From an uncultured Methanosarcinaceae archaeon (lineage in GTDB: Archaea; Halobacteriota; Methanosarcinia; Methanosarcinales; Methanosarcinaceae): a stretch of 20,980 bases of DNA. A model generated the notes under the pieces. It did not search any database. It saw nothing but the letters and a program-made list of their open reading frames with translations, and was not told the DNA's origin. Positions 18,009-20,980 of this stretch are shown piece after piece (position 1 is the stretch's first letter; every line of letters starts with the position of its first letter). Both the position numbers and the translations under genes were made by a program. The stretch spans positions 1 through 20,980 of the forward strand of contig CAVRJG010000026.1 in NCBI GenBank assembly GCA_963721455.1, in the 5' to 3' direction.

Positions 18009-18604
18009 GGCACCGGAAGGAGACAAGATTAGAGTTACTGCTCGAATCAGCAAAGAGCTTGACACCAAAGTACACCGGTATTACACCAACTTGGCACCGG
18101 CAATACTAGAAGGCCTTGAGCTACTGGTGTCGATGAAAGAAGATAGGCTGACACCAAATGACACCGACAACGGCACGAATGGCACCGGTGACTTAATGGC
18201 ACGTATTGGTGATATGGGAGAGGCAAATTGAGTTTTTGAAAAGACAGATTGAGATTAAGGATTCTCAACTTGAGAAGCAGGCCTATTCACTTCAATCTTT
18301 AATTCAGGTGAACAGCGCATTAAATCTTAAGCTCCTGCCTGAGAGTACCCCTATCCAGAAAGCAGAACCTGCTCCGACGGTAAAGGCAAAAGAGTCTGTT
18401 CTCCATGCCGAAAAGGAGATAACCACTTTAGATTCTGTTATTCAGGAAGAAACGGAGCAACCCATAAAACCTATGAACGTGGAGAAGCCGACGCATGGGC
18501 CGGCAGAAAAGGTTTGTGAGAACTGCAATACCACTTTTACCGCCGACAGTTCAAGAGCAAAGTTCTGTTCGGGAGAATGTAGACGGCATATTACCGAAAA
18601 TTAA
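18007..18604 (+). pseudogene. Hypothetical protein (RHH-like N-terminus, coiled coil, C-terminal Cys4 Zn finger), frameshift near 18217
   Basis: ORFs 18007-18231 (KIRVTARISKEL..AILEGLELL) and 18206-18604 (ERQIEFLKRQIEIKDSQLEKQ...CENC...FCSGECR) overlap at GATATGGGAGAGG. Confidence 0.6.
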
Positions 18605-19251
18605 AAGAATCGAGAATTACTATTGGTGACCACAGGCGAGAAATAAATGAGAAAAGTAAACCGGATATTCAATATAAACAGTATGAAAAATTTACCATGT
18701 TTGAATGCATATAAATCGCTATGGGTAGACATGTCCGAAAAGTACCTATGCGTTTTTCACTATTTTTTTGCATTTGATAGGGGCGGTAGTCGGAGTAAAC
18801 AATTATATTCCTATATACTGTGGAACAATTTGATATAGAGACACATAGGCAAAAATCTCGAAATTTTCATTTTTGCAATGGAATTTCAGGTAGTTTCGAA
18901 AATTTGCTATAAATTCAAAGTAAATTTTTTGTGTACTGAGTATACTTCTGTTCTCTCAATATTGGATTTCCAAACTACCAACTTCTTAAGATTTATGATT
19001 TTACATAACTTTTGGTACACTGCCAATAATACACAAAGGTAATCATAGTATCAAATTGTGGAAATATTATTCTTGCACCAGAACCCGAAAAAGCGGTTTA
19101 CTGCATTTTTGATGCTCTTGGCAAGGTTCCGAAAAGTTCATGGCATCAAGAAGATTGTTTATCAACTGTTGAATGATTTTTAGTTTACCGTAATTTCCCC
19201 TTCTTGTTGGAAAATAGGCTCTTTCAAGAACTAATTTTTTGAATCAATTCA

Positions 19252-20738
19252 TCAGGCTCGGAATTCGCTCATTATCTTTTTTAGTTGTACATCGGTTTTT
19301 AAAATATACAGGTAATAAATGCCGATAATCACGCCTGAAAAGATAACAAGAAGAGTCTGGTTTATTTCTGCAGTTTTGAGGGCAACAAGGACAATTCCTG
19401 CAGGGACGAAGAGGATAAAATTGGAGAATACTATTTTCAGGGCTGTTGAAGCTTTTACTCCGGAATAGGACATCATCTTCAGGCACAGGTAACCGTATAC
19501 CAGAATTCCTGATATCGAGAAAAGGATCAATGCCAGACGTGCGCTTCCAAGCAGGCCGCCGATAACAAGTGAAAGAAGCCGGGTGGCCAGGTTGAAAAAA
19601 TTGTAGTGAAAGCCGAAATGGGGCTTTTCGACTACTACGTATATCGTGGTTAATGGGGACGAGATAAACCATACAAAAGCCCACAGACTCAGGATCTGGG
19701 CGTAAACACCTGCTTCTGCCCAGGCTTTTCCGAAAATAATTAAAGACGTCACTGCCTACAATTGTCAAGATCAGTATCGGAAACATGCCTATGATCACAA
19801 GTGTTTTGAAAACGTTTTCAACAAGGGAAGGGAGGGTACCTTCGGATAAGGCTCTTGATGCTCTCTGAAAGAATACCTGTGAGATTGATCTACCAATGAA
19901 ACTCATTGGAAGCTTAAAAGGCGAAAGCCAAGGGAGTAAAAACCTACTACTGCAGGTGTGAAGAAAGCCGCAAGAAGAAAGGCAGGAAGCTGCCAGGAGA
20001 CTGAGTTCATAAGGGCAGACCAGGTATCTATAAGCGAAAACTTGCGGTACTTCTTAAACCCCTCATATATTTTCTTCCAGTGCAGGTTTTCCATAATCAG
20101 CTTCCTATCATCTTTCCAGATCTGCCCTCCAAGCACAAATGTTGCAATAGACTGTCCGGCAAGACTTCCAGCTACTAATCCGCCTGCACCGACTTTTTCT
20201 GCAAGCCCGAAACCGATCTGCGTTGCAGTAACCGAGACCGAACTGAAGACTCTTGAAAGGGAAAGCCTTTTGAAAAGTTTTGTTCTTGAATTCCAGTTAT
20301 TCAGTGCAAGAAATAACCGATTTACAAAAATAAATGGAGGCACGAGCCAAGATAGTCTCCTATCTGCTGAGAATTCATAATATTAACTATGGGTTCTTTC
20401 AGAATCACTATTGGAAAGGTTAAACCACTTAACAAACAGCACTGCCAGAAAAACTCAGCCCTAACAGGTTTACAGCCTCTTCATCCGATTCAGGCAGCAT
20501 TATGGAGTATTCGTACCTCATGCAGGCAATGACACTGATAATGCTGGTGATAGAAATGTACAGAGCCCACACTCCAAAATCTTCAGGCCCGTACAGGCGG
20601 GTCAACACAGGAGCAGATAGAATTGTAAGGATTTGAGCAAAGGTTGTCCCGCCTGCAAGTGTCAGCACATCGAATGCAAAGCTTTCCTTCGTTATTTTGA
20701 GATCTATTTTCTGTCGCGCCTGATGTAATCTCATCCAT
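19252..20738 (-). pseudogene. Oligosaccharide flippase (Wzx/MOP family), several frameshifts
   Basis: Consecutive fragments SFAFDVLTLAGGTTFAQ..PVLTRLYGPEDFG..MRYEYSIMLP, WQLPAFLLAAFF..VGFYSLG, PMSFIGRSISQVFFQRAS, FGKAWAEAGVYAQILS. Confidence 0.88.
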
Positions 20739-20759
20739 AGCCTGTACCTTAAACGAAAT

Positions 20760-20820
20760 GGTTCTGGTGCAAAAAATCTGACTTTGTTACAAAATCAGGT
20801 GAAAACCTTCACGATTAGGA
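20760..20820. mobile_element. IS6-type MITE end variant (GGTTCTGGTGCAA); matching opposite-facing end at 19073-19085
   Basis: GGTTCTGGTGCAAAAAATCTGAC..ACAAAATC..TGAAAACCTTCAC resembles 3362-3415. TTGCACCAGAACC ends at 19085. Confidence 0.6.
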
Positions 20821-20980
20821 AAGTTAATCATTTTCATCCCTAGTTTGACAGAAGCATACATTTTGTAATGTATAAATAGGCTTCATGCTTCTGTTTTCTT
20901 CCTAAAATTCAAATTTATATCGTGTGTTTATTGATTTTTGACATTTATTATTTTACCAAACTGTAATGCGTCGATGCAAT

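Overview
Archaeal window that looks like Methanosarcina (inferred from a TFB remnant, an IS701-type transposase, a YVTN surface protein and the MITE types). The core (~4.2-15.2 kb) is a co-oriented cluster: DUF1269-like protein, anaerobic sulfatase maturase (radical SAM/SPASM with SEC-C tail), Cys-type cytoplasmic sulfatase, LURP-one/tubby-like protein, BASS symporter (frameshifted), CPA1 cation/H+ antiporter, AI-2E transporter (pseudogene with two insertions), a second DUF1269/DUF6325-like protein and an MscS channel. The cluster is bracketed by a ~415-bp inverted repeat (3094-3508 / 15370-15847) made of an IS6-type MITE plus ~270 bp of structured non-coding DNA. On the left arm this leads into a 41-aa Gly/Cys/Trp-rich micro-ORF and a winged-helix gene lacking an ATG, both absent from the ORF track. 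At least five MITE families are present, some nested and some with intact target-site duplications. The flanks hold a deleted TFB pseudogene, a disrupted IS701 element, a YVTN beta-propeller gene, a frameshifted RHH/coiled-coil/Zn-finger gene and a frameshifted Wzx-like flippase. Some of the many single-base frameshifts may be assembly errors. All family calls are by motif recognition, not database search.
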